Shown piece by piece: positions 24,531 to 51,607 of a stretch of DNA of 64,000 bases (positions within the stretch are counted from its first letter, which is position 1; each line of letters starts with the position of its first letter). This stretch comes from Botryllus schlosseri (taxonomy: Eukaryota), in assembly GCA_051294905.1 (NCBI GenBank), contig CM119373.1, forward strand, positions 27,900,001 through 27,964,000, in the 5' to 3' direction. Position numbers and translations under genes: made by a program. The notes under the pieces are model-generated. The model was not told the DNA's origin, searched no databases, and worked only from the letters and a program-made list of their open reading frames with translations.

Positions 24531-27500
24531 TCAGCAACATATCATAAAAACACCTGATGTTAGTGTCCACAGATGTTAATTCAGTCTCTGCTCTAATCCA
24601 TACAAATGTCGCGTAGTGTTCGAACAAAAAATTCAAACATACCGCATTACAAGCATTAGGCATCTACCTACAGCCATCTTTATCTGAGTTTGTAAACACG
24701 GCTAATATATATATAATATTTAAAGGCAGTTTCCCTTTCGAAGTCCCTGGCCACAGTACACAATGTGAACGGAGGAATCGTTTTTAAAAAGGACTGGGTA
24801 CTATATAGGCTACGGAACACCCAAAGAAAATAAATTCGAATGAGACAGTATTCTGACTATCTCAAAGTAGAATTACGTGTGCAGTCGTCAAAACTATAAA
24901 TGTATCGACCACGTACTTCTCTGAATGCGACCGATCCTTTGGTCGAAATGAGTCCGGATGGTTCGATCCAAATTCACAATCGACATACTCATAGCCATCG
25001 GAGTTCGTGTTCGATAAAAATATGCATAAATAGCGTGTTATGGCAAGATTTTCTGAAATTGAATAAAAGGTTTTGCAATTTTAGGTTTAGATGTCTTCTT
25101 CAAAAGCAGGACGCCCGAGATGTGAAATCGGATCGCTGGACTCAAAGCAACAGCGCTGACCTTTACACCATGACGCCGCACGACGCAACGCTGAAAACAA
25201 GGATCCGTATTGGCTTTTTTGACCATCGAAGACTGCAAATTGATAAGGGGAACTTTCTCAGTTATTGCAAGTAACGCGGATATCGAACATGCTAATGTAC
25301 ATTTATTTCAAACAAACACGCGCTTAAATGGTGAAATGTACACCTGGTTCGAGAATTGGACATATTACATGTGCACGTATTTCTATAATTTTATTGGTGT
25401 GAACTTTCTGTTGCTTGAAAGAGCGCTTGATCTAGAATGGAGCGGCTGTTTGACATGGAAATCGATACGTTTTAATATGTGACTCTTGACACAGTACACT
25501 TGATACATTGGAGTCATAGCGGGTGCATTACGGATCGCCGCAAGGCCTTTAGATAAGATTGTATATAGGCCGTATCTGAATAGAGGAGTGGTCCAAGTAT
25601 AAATCAGTTGTTCTTAACTTATACGAAACCGGGTAACACTTACTCTTAACTGTAAGATTACGGGAACCCCAAATTTTCGATGATGCTTTAAAATGTACCC
25701 CAATACACACGCGATGCATCTAATACATTACAGGTTAACAGAATGTACTATGCAACAGCCTGGTATAAAATGTAGAATAAAACATTAAGTGTGATTTTCA
25801 CACAAAATTAAAATATTAAAAATAACATTTGTTGCAAATCAGGACGACTTGTGCGGTTCCCTTTCGACTGCCAGCTCATAAATGCGAGGCTACACCTTGA
25901 AAAAGGTCATAATTGTTCGGTCGAAACGCTAAAACGTGATACCTATTGCTTAAATGAAAGCGCAATTAAAAATATGGGGGCGGGAATAGGCATTTTCGAG
26001 GGACGTTGTTTCGATTTATAACCCGAACCTCCCCTACGTACGCCTCTACGCACGACGTACCACCGCAACCGTTACATTCGACTGCTGATCGGGCGGTATT
26101 CCCTGCAACCAATGATTGCAAAGATCATCGTATCGCCACAAATCATACGTGAGTCTGGCTCAGACAACAATGGCTAAAAGAACCACTGCATGGTAACAGT
26201 TACGTTCCCATTACATCATCGTTACTGTTTTTGTTATGTTAGGATGTTTGCTTTTTACATAAATGCAACCACTCGGGAAACAAATCTTTATAGCACGATT
26301 ACATAATGCCTGTATCACTGTCGCTGAACAATAACCTCGCATCACTCACGAGTTGAATCGCTGACAGTGCGGTTTGAATTACAGTTAATGCTGCTCAACT
26401 CAAAGCAAATAACAACTTCCTTACGTATTGGGCGTCAAAAGTATATTAGTAGATCAGAGCCATACACTCTATACAGCATAACTCCACGCCAGTTCAGACC
26501 CATGTCGATTTCGCACGTGTGTCTTTCAAGTATTGTGGTAATCGTTACGGAAAGAAAACCAATCCAAATTTGACAGGTAGTGTACCTCAAAACCACCCTA
26601 TTGTTGCTTTAACACAACAATAGTTCTACCTTGAGTACGATATCGCCAGTCGCTAACATCCCTGTCTGATAATTCATAAGTTACGATTTCACTACCATTC
26701 ACCCAGGCCCCGATTCACCCATTTTCCAAAAGCCTATGTCTGATTCATGCATAACGAGCGCGGGCAATGCCAAGTTTTTACAATCAGCAACAAGTCCACG
26801 ATGGGGAAACAGTAATATCTAGCATAGGCGTAAAAATCTCTGCAATGTGTTTTTTTTGCTTGAAATAGTACTTGTGTACTATGTACTATAGTTTTTCTGT
26901 CCTGATGGTCAAATCACCTCATACTATTATGCATCATTCGCCACAATTGTACTGCCAATATTGATCATTTACGTACGATAAAGTATTAACCTACATATCG
27001 GCTAACTTCAATTTACTCTTGATGCTATAATCTAGGATCACTGACCTATCAACAACTAGCCTACAGTCTAACAGTCAGCTTGTAGGTAAGGAATTAAGTA
27101 TTAGTCTGTAAAAAGAGCCATACGGTTGCTGCCATTGGGTCACAATGTTTGAACTCTACCTAACAAATAACTGAGTAAATATTTGAGAATAAATATGAAG
27201 GCAAGGAAAATGTCCTCCAAGCGAAACATATTGCTTATTAACATTCAATGCTATGCTATAATACAGTGGTTCTCAAAATATTTTCGTGAATCACATTGAA
27301 ATGGTAGAAATTCACACTCCGCACCAGCGCAAGTGCTATATAGTCTTATCCTTAGTCCCTTTAACATCTACGGATAATTTCGTCGTTATTCTTTGTACAT
27401 CCGATTCACAAGTACACACAACCTTTCCGATATTACGCAGTATACTATGCTCACTATGCACCAAAATGGCGAAAACTAATGTCAGGAGAAAAATCGATCT

Positions 27501-27780
27501 CTGTTACATATCTGGTCGATCCAAGATGGAGATTTTTTACAGTTAAATATATTAGCTTCTTGGTAGTACAGAAAGTCATTAAACAATTGATCAGTATACT
27601 CATATTGAACTGACCCCGGATATATCGGGCTCACATTCATCAGGGGTAATCGTCAGCAACTAGCAGAGAACGGGAAAGGGCATTGTATATCAACAGTCGT
27701 ATCCCCAAACATGACGTCAACAAAATAACATGTCGACTAATCAGGGCTAAAACATCGATTAAGCAGCTCAATGTACTATT

Positions 27781-27990
27781 TTAGCTGGTACACGAACTCA
27801 TTCTGTGGGTATAAATTTGGTTACCGTGTTTTGATAAAAGTTGAATCCAAAGCACCCAAATGAAAGTGTGAACGGACTCTTCCGAAGACGCGAAATCTAT
27901 TGTCTCAAAATTCTCCGGAAAAACAGAATTATCCAATAAATGTTTGCCAATGACAGAATTCATGACCTTTGCCTGTTCAGAATCAAGCTT
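27781..27990 (-). mobile_element. Penelope-like retroelement relic (C-terminus of the GIY-YIG endonuclease)
   Basis: With one frameshift it reads SVIGKHLLDNSVFPENF...GRVRSHFHLGALDSTFIKTR*PNLYPQNEFVYQL, the S.IG.HLL.N / F.L..LE..FI....P.L..Q.EFV pattern of Penelope-like elements. Confidence 0.65.
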
Positions 27991-29331
27991 CAGGCGATGA
28001 GTGGAGGTCGAGCTTTTCTCCGAGCGTGATGGGGTGAGTTATCAATCTAGAGACATGGTGTTTTATGCTGCCCTGCAAACGTAGTGACGTTCTTCCACGT
28101 AGCCTCAATTACAGTGGCCCTTATATTTCTTCTCTTTTGACACAAATTATATTATATTCAATTATTAACTGACCAGCTTGCTCATCTGCGTTTCCAAACA
28201 CTATCTACCATCAAGTCGCATCAGTATAATGACCACATATGCACTTGCAACTGAATTCCACCAAGGAAAACGTTGACTGTTAACTGTTACGACTGCGCAT
28301 TTCCTAAGAAAGCTCTGCGGACGAAGAATTACTTTTACGACAAGAATATCATATGTGCTCTCGCGCGATACATAATCGTGTCGTGGGACAAGGTTGTCTG
28401 CCAACCGCACAGAAGGTTCACGCCCAGAAACCGATCGATTAACCCCACTATGACATTCACAACGGATACTACTTTTAGCGCTGCTACTTCCAACAGTCAT
28501 AATAATTTTACAGTAGGTCTACATGTAGCCTACAATACATATGCATATTCACCTGTTAATCATCTCAGATGAACTCTCTCAGAAAATCTTGGAAAACCTA
28601 AGTTATGGTTTGATGACTGATAACAACAGAAGCAATACCAGTCCCAATAGAAACCACAAGCTCCCTGTATTGTTACACTTCAACTGAAAGCTTTGTTATC
28701 TCTCGACAGCCGGAATGACACGGAGAATGCTTGCTACATGCTATGTGATTCCATAACCCACTTCGCAGAGTTAACAAACGCCTGTAATAACCCGAAACGT
28801 TTACATCAAATAATGGCATTGTAGTACCGAACGAGTTATATAGCATTGAAAGCAATCATCCGTATCAGATAAAATTCGCTCTATATGCAATTTTGAGAGT
28901 CTCAGCTCAGTACGAGTGGTGATAGGCACATCAAACAATATTCAAGAGGGCTCTGTACCATTATTCTGTGAAGTACACTGTAACAACTCGTGAACTATAT
29001 TCCCGAGGTTAGACTTGACAGCAGCGTTTAGCAATAGCATAGGCGTCTATAGTAAAAATACGGTTTCAAATATTTCAAAAACTGCGTAGATATATATTTT
29101 GGCTGCATTAAAAAGACATGACGAGATAGCGATGTACTGCTATAGCGCTTCACCGTTGTGTCGCTAAAATAATGCTCTACTGTGGTGGAAAGTATCAAAG
29201 TATTAGCCTAGTTGATTATACAACAGATGAACGTAGCATCTTCCAATATGGATTGAAGAGTTCGGGAGTAGACTGTCATCTTACATTGTCGCCGTTACCA
29301 CTGTACACATCGTAGGATGTACTGTATACAG

Positions 29332-30536
29332 AAGTGGTTCTCAAACTGGTGGCGTGAAAGCATTCGAAGGGAGTGCGAGGCTGCGGTCAAATGAAACATT
29401 TTTTCGCGCATTACGCGATTTACCTCCAATTATTGCTCTGTGTATAGTCCTAATTTAGTATTTAAGGGGACTAGCAACCAAAAAACCTAAATTTCGGATG
29501 GTTACCCCCATCAGCATGAAATTTTCACAGTTGCTAGATGTCGCTATGCTATAAACAAAAAAACCAAAAATTTTCGTTCCACCATGCAGATTGTGAATTT
29601 CTTTGTATTTCAAGGACAGAAAATGCTCCGACACGGGGAATGCAAAATCTCGATATTGTGAAGCCCTTTTTCCGATCTAACGCCTTCTTAAGGAAGTACT
29701 AGGACAGTGCTGTGCTATGCTAAAATTTGAAGGATTGCATGCAACCCACCTAGGAGAAATTCCATTTCGAAATTCAAAAATTCAAAAAAATCCCAATTTT
29801 TGTCATAAACTTGCAGAAAGTTTACTGCGACGTTCTGTACCTCTTGACATGGTAGACCTATGACTAAAAACTTTTAGCATGGCACACGTCTGAATCTAAG
29901 CTTTTCAAAAAACCTTGAGTGACGCATCTACGACAAATATTTCAAACAAATTTTTGGTTTGCCGTGATGCAGCGTAACAAAATTTTACAATTGAGAAAAC
30001 GACTATCAAACACTTGAAACGTAAAAAGTCGATGAACAAGTGTTGCCGATGTAATGATAAGAATGAGTGTCAGAATGCTAGAATGCCAACTGACAACAAT
30101 CTAACAAATTTGTACCCGGAGATAATATAGATATATATATTTTATAACTGTCAAAATATATATTTTATAGAGTCATCGGACGAAACATGCGATCTTTTGG
30201 TTGGAACTTGAAAAAAAACACCCCCCCCCCCCAATTATTAAAGGAAAATAAAATCGAAATTTTGAAGTTTTTAGTTATTGTTTGGGTGAAAAATTGCCAT
30301 AAGGTGTCAGCAGAGATACAATGTTAATATTTCTTACCAGAAAAAAAATCAAAAATTTTGATTTTTTTGGGTTGCTAGTCCCCTTAAGGATTTTCTCTTC
30401 AACAGTCATAACCTTCGGTGCGATAAATCTATCAGTGGGGATTGCTAGCATTCTGGTTGTGATATGACGATAAGAGGGCGCGAAATGTTTCACTGTCATA
30501 AAGCGGCGCGTGTCTCAAAAGATTTGAGAACCACTG
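29332..30536. mobile_element. Charlie-type MITE interrupted by a Kolobok element
   Basis: Ends AAGTGGTTCTCAAA / TTTGAGAACCACTG. Perfect TSD GTATACAG (29324-29331, 30537-30544). Confidence 0.8.
29466..30383. mobile_element. Kolobok-type non-autonomous element
   Basis: TTAA|GGGGACTAGCAACC ... GGTTGCTAGTCCCC|TTAA. A TTAA TSD with purine-purine 5' termini fits Kolobok rather than piggyBac. Confidence 0.8.
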
Positions 30537-31346
30537 GTATACAGGATACAATTCAGATTTTTGTTGGAAAAGAGCTGTGACTAGGTTTGGGCATTTTTGA
30601 TATGAAAGTGTTTGATTTGGTAAAGCAAACAAATTTAAATTTGCACCGGGTGACAATAGATGATCACACACAAACCTCTCTGGCACGGTCGCACACCTCG
30701 CATTCCAGTATTTCGTTATAGTTGCCAATTGCTTCCTAATATCATAGAGTTTCTCATTTGCGATTCGTTAGTCACCAAGAATATGACAGCAACTTAAAGA
30801 CCAAAGTACTTGACTAGGGTATTTTATGTTGATGGGAATTTACCTCTCAGTGACCGACTAGTAGTCTCACGTAACGACAGCTGTAAACATGAGCTAGATC
30901 ACGGTTTCGTTGCAGCAACCAAAAGCGCCGAACAACATACTGCATATCATAAGACATAAGCCGAACTGCCACTGGACAAAGATAAGTAGGCCTATCAGAC
31001 AAATTCAACCTAGAGTATGCAAGTACCACCTCTAATGACGTCACAACAGCATAAAAGACTGGAAGAGTCCGAAAGATATATTTTTGCAGCCACACGGAGA
31101 ATTATGCCAGTTTCACGCCATCGAATATATTTTTGTATTTCCAGACCATAGCGTTTCGTGGCAATGCCATGGATCGATCGCTCACTCACAACGGATGATC
31201 GTTAAAAAACGTAACTGCGATATATGACAATATGACTGGTGTCTTTTTATCAGGAATTTGAGACCGGTCATTTGTATGTCGAGCCGAGAATGTTTTGACT
31301 CGAAAGTCACGTCACATAATAATTGGTAAAATCAAGTCATTGCTAG

Positions 31347-31638
31347 AGTGTGGCGAGATAGTGTAGTGGTATAATCCACAACTACAACACCAATGGGTAG
31401 TAGGTTCGAGTCCGACCGAGGTCGACTTCAAAATTCCAACCTGAGTGTTGGAGGTTTATCTGTGCTCATCCTCGCCATATCATCCGCGTAAGCGGAGTCT
31501 AGCAAAAAGCAAAAAGCCTAGAAGAGGGCCGTGCTACAAGTCGCCAGATACGGTATCAGAAATAAGAGATATCGACCTGATGTAAATGACCACAGTAGGC
31601 GGCAAACACCATGAATACCATACCAACAGAACAACAAA
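31347..31638 (+). mobile_element. tRNA-derived SINE
   Basis: A-box-like TGGCGAGATAGTGTAGTGG and B-box GGTTCGAGTCC (31403-31413). AAC-rich tail. Flanking direct repeat TCATTGCTAG (31337-31346, 31639-31648). Confidence 0.75.
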
Positions 31639-33117
31639 TCATTGCTAGTCATGGCAGTAGCATGTAACGCTACCGTGATATACTAAATTTGATATGACTA
31701 GACCACTACGACGAAGTCAAAGGAATATGGCTATACATTGGCAACGATATGTTTACCTTATAATTATAATTGACGCTCTCTAGATATGTCTACAATAGGT
31801 ATTCATGACTATTATTACGGCACAATTCAATCTGCTACGTTACAATACAAAGCTTACGTTACGAGCAGCAGTACCTGACATTTCCATGGTTAGCTGAGCT
31901 ATCGACCAGTTCGTTCCAGTTGTTCAGTACCGTACAAACCATACAATGATGTTCGCGGTCATTGTGCTCGTTTCGCAAGGGAGATATACGAGTTATATAA
32001 TGAAAAAGACAAAGTGACATGGTCCGTTGCGCGTTACAGAACATTATTCTATGTCCTCTGCAGCCGATTCCACTATATGCATGCATGTTCAGACCCCATA
32101 ACGACACTAGAATTTAACCTACCTTTTACGAAAGCTGATGCCAAGCAGCGCTCTAGATAACGGGCTTTATTTTCATCGCTCGTCCTAATCTATGCTATAT
32201 CCTGTTACATTTCATTCAGTGTGCAGTCTCTTATTCAGTCCAGTCCAGTCCTTTACTAACTTGGCAAACTGTTACGCTATTCTGTATAAGCAATCGGCGA
32301 ACACTGAATTTTCGCTGGATCACAATAACACGAACACACCACAACCACACCATGCATCAACTACATACATACAAGGTGGGTGACTACCGACTGATAGAAA
32401 AGCTACCCCAAGCCGTCTCGATACCTTCCTATATTGTCATTCTATCGTAATCATGTTTTTTCAACTGATGAAAATACTACAAAAACGAACCAGAATCAGA
32501 ACCCGAGTTGTTTTGGTTGGATGAAAATAAAGACTCTCTCTCTCTGTTCTATTGCCTATGTTTTGCACCGCCGATACTGCATGACAGCACATATACTTTC
32601 CAAACGTCACCTTAGCGTAGGCTACGCATAGAACCCGCCACTACTGACATCTCTTTCATATTTACAGGTCTACTAGAGTTAGAGAATCTCCTCTGCTCAT
32701 GTTCAGCAAATAGTAACACATTGTCAATATTTTCCGGCCGATTCCATCGCACCACGGCTATATTTGGATGCATAGTTGCACATAACGTATCGTTGGAGCG
32801 CAGCGACAAGTGGACCGTGTTAAACGTTAACGCCGTGTAAACAGCTAGAAGTTGCGAGGCTATGTATAGATTCCAGCAAGTCTGTAAACCTTTCGTCGCC
32901 TGCACAAGTTAGGCAAATGCCAAACCCTACTTACTACAAACATTCTCGATTAATTCATTCCACCAGTAGCATTCAGCGATGACCGCCTTCCGAAACTTGC
33001 GTATATGCGAAATCACTCATTATGGTATTTGTCTGGGGATGTACATTCAATTAATTTTCATCAATAATAATAATAATTTGGAAATTCGGGCGGATCGTTG
33101 AAGGCGTAGGTATAGGA

Positions 33118-35530
33118 CAGGGGTGGGCAAATTCATGAGCTCGCGGGCCGCATTCAACATCTGAATCCATTCGCGGGCCGCACTATATAAATCTGGGATT
33201 ATAAACCAAAACGCAATATCAGTATTTGATTATAGAGTGAGGACATGGAGATAATATATATGCTTATTTAAACAAAACCAAACATTGCTTTGAGGATATC
33301 GTACAGGCGAGATTTCATAGGCTTGGGACCTCAATACCAATTTGTCAAAACTATAGAGATGAAAGTCGGTTGTTCCGATTCCTATAGAACAGGATTGAAA
33401 TTTAAATCTGTTAACAGCGATCTGTTCATTGATTTACTCATTCCACTTTTTGGTCAGTTCAAGGACACACAATGCTGACGGCATCATAATCATGTTTGCT
33501 TCGAACACGCTTCTACGATATGTGTACATAAAATATAAATACCCTAATTCTACGCATACAGAGAACGTATCTACTTAAGACACGCGCGAATCGTTTTTAT
33601 AAGCTCATCACTGAAATAATTAAAACTGGAGTGGCCAATCTGAAATCACACTCGCGATCCGAATTATGTATATCTTGTTTAGCATTTCTGTGATGTTTAG
33701 CAGTTGAAACTTTTCAATTTGCGTAGGCCTTGAGATCGGGCTTTCGCGCCAGAAATTAAACATTAAAAATAATATAGGTAGTATTTGCCTTAGAACAGTG
33801 GCTCTGAAACATTTTAAGACACGACCACCCCCCTTATGATGGTGAAAGATTTTGCGCCACCCTTACCGTCATATCATAAAACTCAACCAGGTTGCTAGCA
33901 AACCTAACTGATAGTTTGATGGCATGGAAGGTTACGACTGTGGATGAGTGATTTTTAAATATGAAATTCATACTAAATGCAGAGCAATAATTATGAAGTG
34001 ATTACACTGGTCAACAAAATGAAAAAGAAAATTTAGGCAGAACATCTGAGAGCCGTTTCCGGGTTCCTCTGGGGTTGCTGATTACGAATATCACATTAGT
34101 TTTGTCAGATTGGCTCTCTGTCAGAAGATGTTTATACCCCCCAAAAAGCCCAAAATTACTGTATTTACCCTTAACTATTTCACTTGGTAGGAAGAAAGTC
34201 CTTTTTTAAAATTTTATCCTGCGCAAAAATCGGTAATTGACTATAAAAGACCCTCATGTCGTTCTCAGTCATTCTATCAATATTAACATAAACTGATGCG
34301 AAACATCTGTTAGTCAAAAAGGCAATTTGTGAGGTCTAAAAATTGTACTTTTGCACAACGGAAATACATATTCTCCTGCATTAATTGGTCGTTTTACCAA
34401 GATTAAATAGGAGTATAAAACTATAAAATTTGTCCTCGAAAAGCTCAACTACAATACTCATATGCGTCTCCTTTCTTTTGACTGGTATATGGATAATTTT
34501 CCGCTGAGTCGAAAAAGTGGGTATAGCTAGTAACCCTATCAAACGAGAAGCTGAAATATGGTATCTGATGTATTCGAATACCGATGAAAGATTCCAATTT
34601 GACATTAGGAAAAAGTTCACTGCATGTAATTTCTACTAAGATGTAGTAAATAAAACTTTTAGATGATCACGAAGCATCCAACTAAAAATAGTTGGTCCCA
34701 AAATTCGTATGTGCATATCGAAAACTTGAGCACGAACATGAGCATAAAAGTTCACTTCCTGTTCAGTCATCTTGATATATTTCCAGATCATCTTGTTGAT
34801 TAGCACGGCGACAGGTTCTAACAAGAATTCAGAACAATAAAATAAAGATATCAGGACAGATGATATGAACATTGAACATATTATGGCAGACCATTGCCGG
34901 AACCTTTCGAGAAACTGCATTAAATAGCTTACAGGCGAAAATCGTACAAAAAACAATTGTGCTTTAAGATAAATTGATAATATTATATTCCAACTGATTA
35001 TTTCAAACTTACAATAGGTGGTTGACGTAAAACGGATTGAATTAATGCCACGTTATTTGAGTATCTATGTAAATACTTATATACATGATTGCAGTTTATT
35101 TATGTACAATTGTACATGATATCAGTGAAAGTCTGTAACTATTCTAAATCTATTACCCCAAAATTTAGTGCTGTTGCTGTATTTTGATTTAAAAGTGTCG
35201 TCTGTGTGTAAAAATAACAGGTAGATCGAATTTCTAAACTTTATATTACTACTGAGCCGATTTCATATCTAGTCATTATCGCGAAAATGGGAGATTTTGG
35301 TCAAAATAGCCCCATGGGTTATCTCCAAAACAAGAGCGAATTTGAAAAAACCAAGGTCATATTCGAAATCAGTGCCCTTCAGAACCCCCAAAACCACTCT
35401 AACTTTGTCTGCCTAAAATATGTGTTGACCAGTGTTATGAATCGCGCGAAACGCGAAACAATTTTTCAGTTGGGCTAACCTTCGCGCCTCCCTTGAGATG
35501 CTTTCACGGCCCGCGGCCCGCCCATCTCTG
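33118..35530. mobile_element. Charlie-type hAT shell containing a nested Chapaev3 element and a MITE fragment
   Basis: Ends CAGGGGTGGGCAAA / CGCCCATCTCTG. Perfect TSD GTATAGGA (33110-33117, 35531-35538). GCGGGCCGC motifs. Confidence 0.8.
34005..35434 (+). mobile_element. Chapaev3 (CMC superfamily) deletion derivative with transposase relic
   Basis: TIR CACTGGTCAACA / TGTTGACCAGTG with 3-bp TSD TTA. About 34730-34910 reads MSIKVHFLFSHLDIFPDHLVD*HGDRF*QEFRTIK*RYQDR...IMADHC, the Chapaev3 MSxKxHFLxSHLD/GERFHQ/RYQG/MADYC motif series. Confidence 0.85.
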
Positions 35531-36741
35531 GTATAGGATGCCCATATTCCTCATCGAAATTTCTATCGACCACTGCCACGTGGCCACCAGATGATTCTTT
35601 AATGGTTAGTGATCAGATCACCTATATCTATATCAGGCCATCTAATGCAATTTAGATCACGGTTCGGACCAGTCAAATGATGTTCAGTTTGACCTTTGCC
35701 TCAATACCTTTGTCTCTTAGTGGAATGATTCATTATCGCGCCTACACATCAGCAGTGTGCACCGTGTGGCCAGAAGAAGTGCTAATTTCGATTGGTGTGG
35801 GACCAACAAACTGTGTTTCTGATTGAGCATAGTTTTCTGCCTTCCAGCTATATACTCAGGTGGGTTGAGAGAACGACCAAAAATACTGTGATATGCATAT
35901 ACTGACGTTGCACTGGAATATTTTTGACAAAATTAATTCAATAACATGAAAACCTATATCGGGCCTGGCCCGATTTCCAGTTATTACGACTGTCATGACT
36001 CGGTACCAAAATTTAGAGATAAACCGCCCCATCATCATGTTCAATTCTCAATCAGATGGTGAGCAATGAGCATTGCCGCCCGCGGTTTCAGCGTGGCATT
36101 TATATCCACCCCGCTGCCAAAAAGGATACACGCCCCTTTTATAATATTACGGATCATTATTGTAGCAAGACAATTTATTCGCATGCATTGAAACTGGTAA
36201 CGTTTCATAATTGGTCATTTCTAAATGGTTATGGACCACTGAAACAGTGGCTCATTCGCGGGTCACGTCACCACGATACACCTGGGTGCATACGTCTGCA
36301 TGTTCTTTGCATTATTAGTGAATCGGTGCTCTGTGAGGATTACATCAGATTCAACTTTTCGACCGCTTCCATTTCTTTCATCATTTGTATGACACCATTC
36401 GGGTGTCCTGCCGACCCATGCGATTTTGAGTTATGAGCAACAGGTAGCTAAAAAATCACACTGAACCAACTTACCATATCGAAGTGCATGAGAGATGTGA
36501 ATAAATTATTGCGCAATTAACATATTTTTAAAATGTAGATTTTATGGTTGGAATTCGATCAACTGGCTTTGTAACGTTGGGACCAAACAACACATATGTC
36601 CAGTATATTCGCGAGCATCTGAATAACTATAGCTTTCAGTCTATTACTTTCTCAGTAACCATGCAACTCGTATATAGTTTTAGCCCACCTCAGACTTTAG
36701 CGTTCTTCTCACAGACTTATTACTCGTAGTGAATACCAGAC

Positions 36742-37045
36742 AAGTGATTTTTAAACTGGAGTCCACGGACCCCTTAGGGACCCGCGAACTACTTTACGGG
36801 GGTTCGTGAAATCGCAATACGTCATCAAGAAACTATAAAAACAGATTATCCTTTGAGAATAACGTGGTGAGTGGGACAGTGACTGCTGTATCTGGACATT
36901 TGTTATCTTATTTTAGTACTACAATAGCTTAAATATAGTTGAGCTTGATGTGATGAAATTCTATGGCTCCTGAAATCTGGTGGGAACGCACCACCGTCCA
37001 AAAAACTGGAAGGAGTCCGCGATCAAAAAAGTCTAAGAACCCCAG
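36742..37045. mobile_element. Degenerate Charlie-type MITE
   Basis: caagtgatttttaaactggagtccacggacccc ... ggagtccgcgatcaaaaaagtctaagaacccc resembles the ends of 53231-54053. Confidence 0.5.
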
Positions 37046-37559
37046 GACTAGATTGAAGACGCATCATTCGTGTCGGACGATTATACTGTGACACAATAAA
37101 TATCCAATGTTTCGAAAGAAATATGCTGGATAAACCTTGCGCTGCTCATTTTCAGAGCATTCAGTAAAAATAATTGCGGTGATGCTGAGGCTGCAGGAAA
37201 ATAATAAATTACCACGGATTCAGCTCAAGACGTGATAATGAATCATACCAGCATGTGGAATGAAATTAGAGTGGATAATTTTGAAGAAGCTATCGCGGTC
37301 TGCAAGAAATGATTCCGCGGGCCACATGCGACCATTGATCCTAACCTTATATAGGCTCTGGGCCTTCAAAATTAACAACGCTTTCATATATTACAGTCCC
37401 GCACTAAAGTCATTACGACGCGGTTTACAACTAATGCTACGAGATATTTGGTGCAGGCATAGTAAAAAAAAGAAAGAAGGAAATACATTTCAATTGGTCA
37501 CAAATTGCGACTTCATATCAAAATTGTAAAATGCATGTGATGTCGCCGAACAAACTTTT

Positions 37560-37750
37560 GAAGTAGACGTGGAAGGGGTTCAAAAAAATAACCAGCGGAG
37601 TAAGCACTCTCAAGTGGACAAAAACCTATTCGAGTATTACGAAAGAGATGTGGTATACCTCGTGACTAATCATCTCTGGAACATTCAAAAAGTGCAAGGC
37701 AATATTGGATATCGCCGTAAGAAATTGGTAGAACGTCAAAAAGATGTATA
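37560..37750 (+). mobile_element. Possible pogo/Tigger CENP-B HTH transposase relic
   Basis: Frameshifted RSKHSQVDKNLFEYY...IISGTFKKCKA...RNW pattern. No termini found. Confidence 0.35.
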
Positions 37751-37794
37751 TGACTGCGATACATAAAGCTCCCTTTCAAAGGTGCGGAAATGTT

Positions 37795-51607
<13,813 letters not shown>

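Noticed and set aside
31352-31425. tRNA gene (also 48794-48870 and 48495-48568)
   Set aside because: A and B boxes are present, but the acceptor stem does not pair and the sequence continues into a SINE body and tail.
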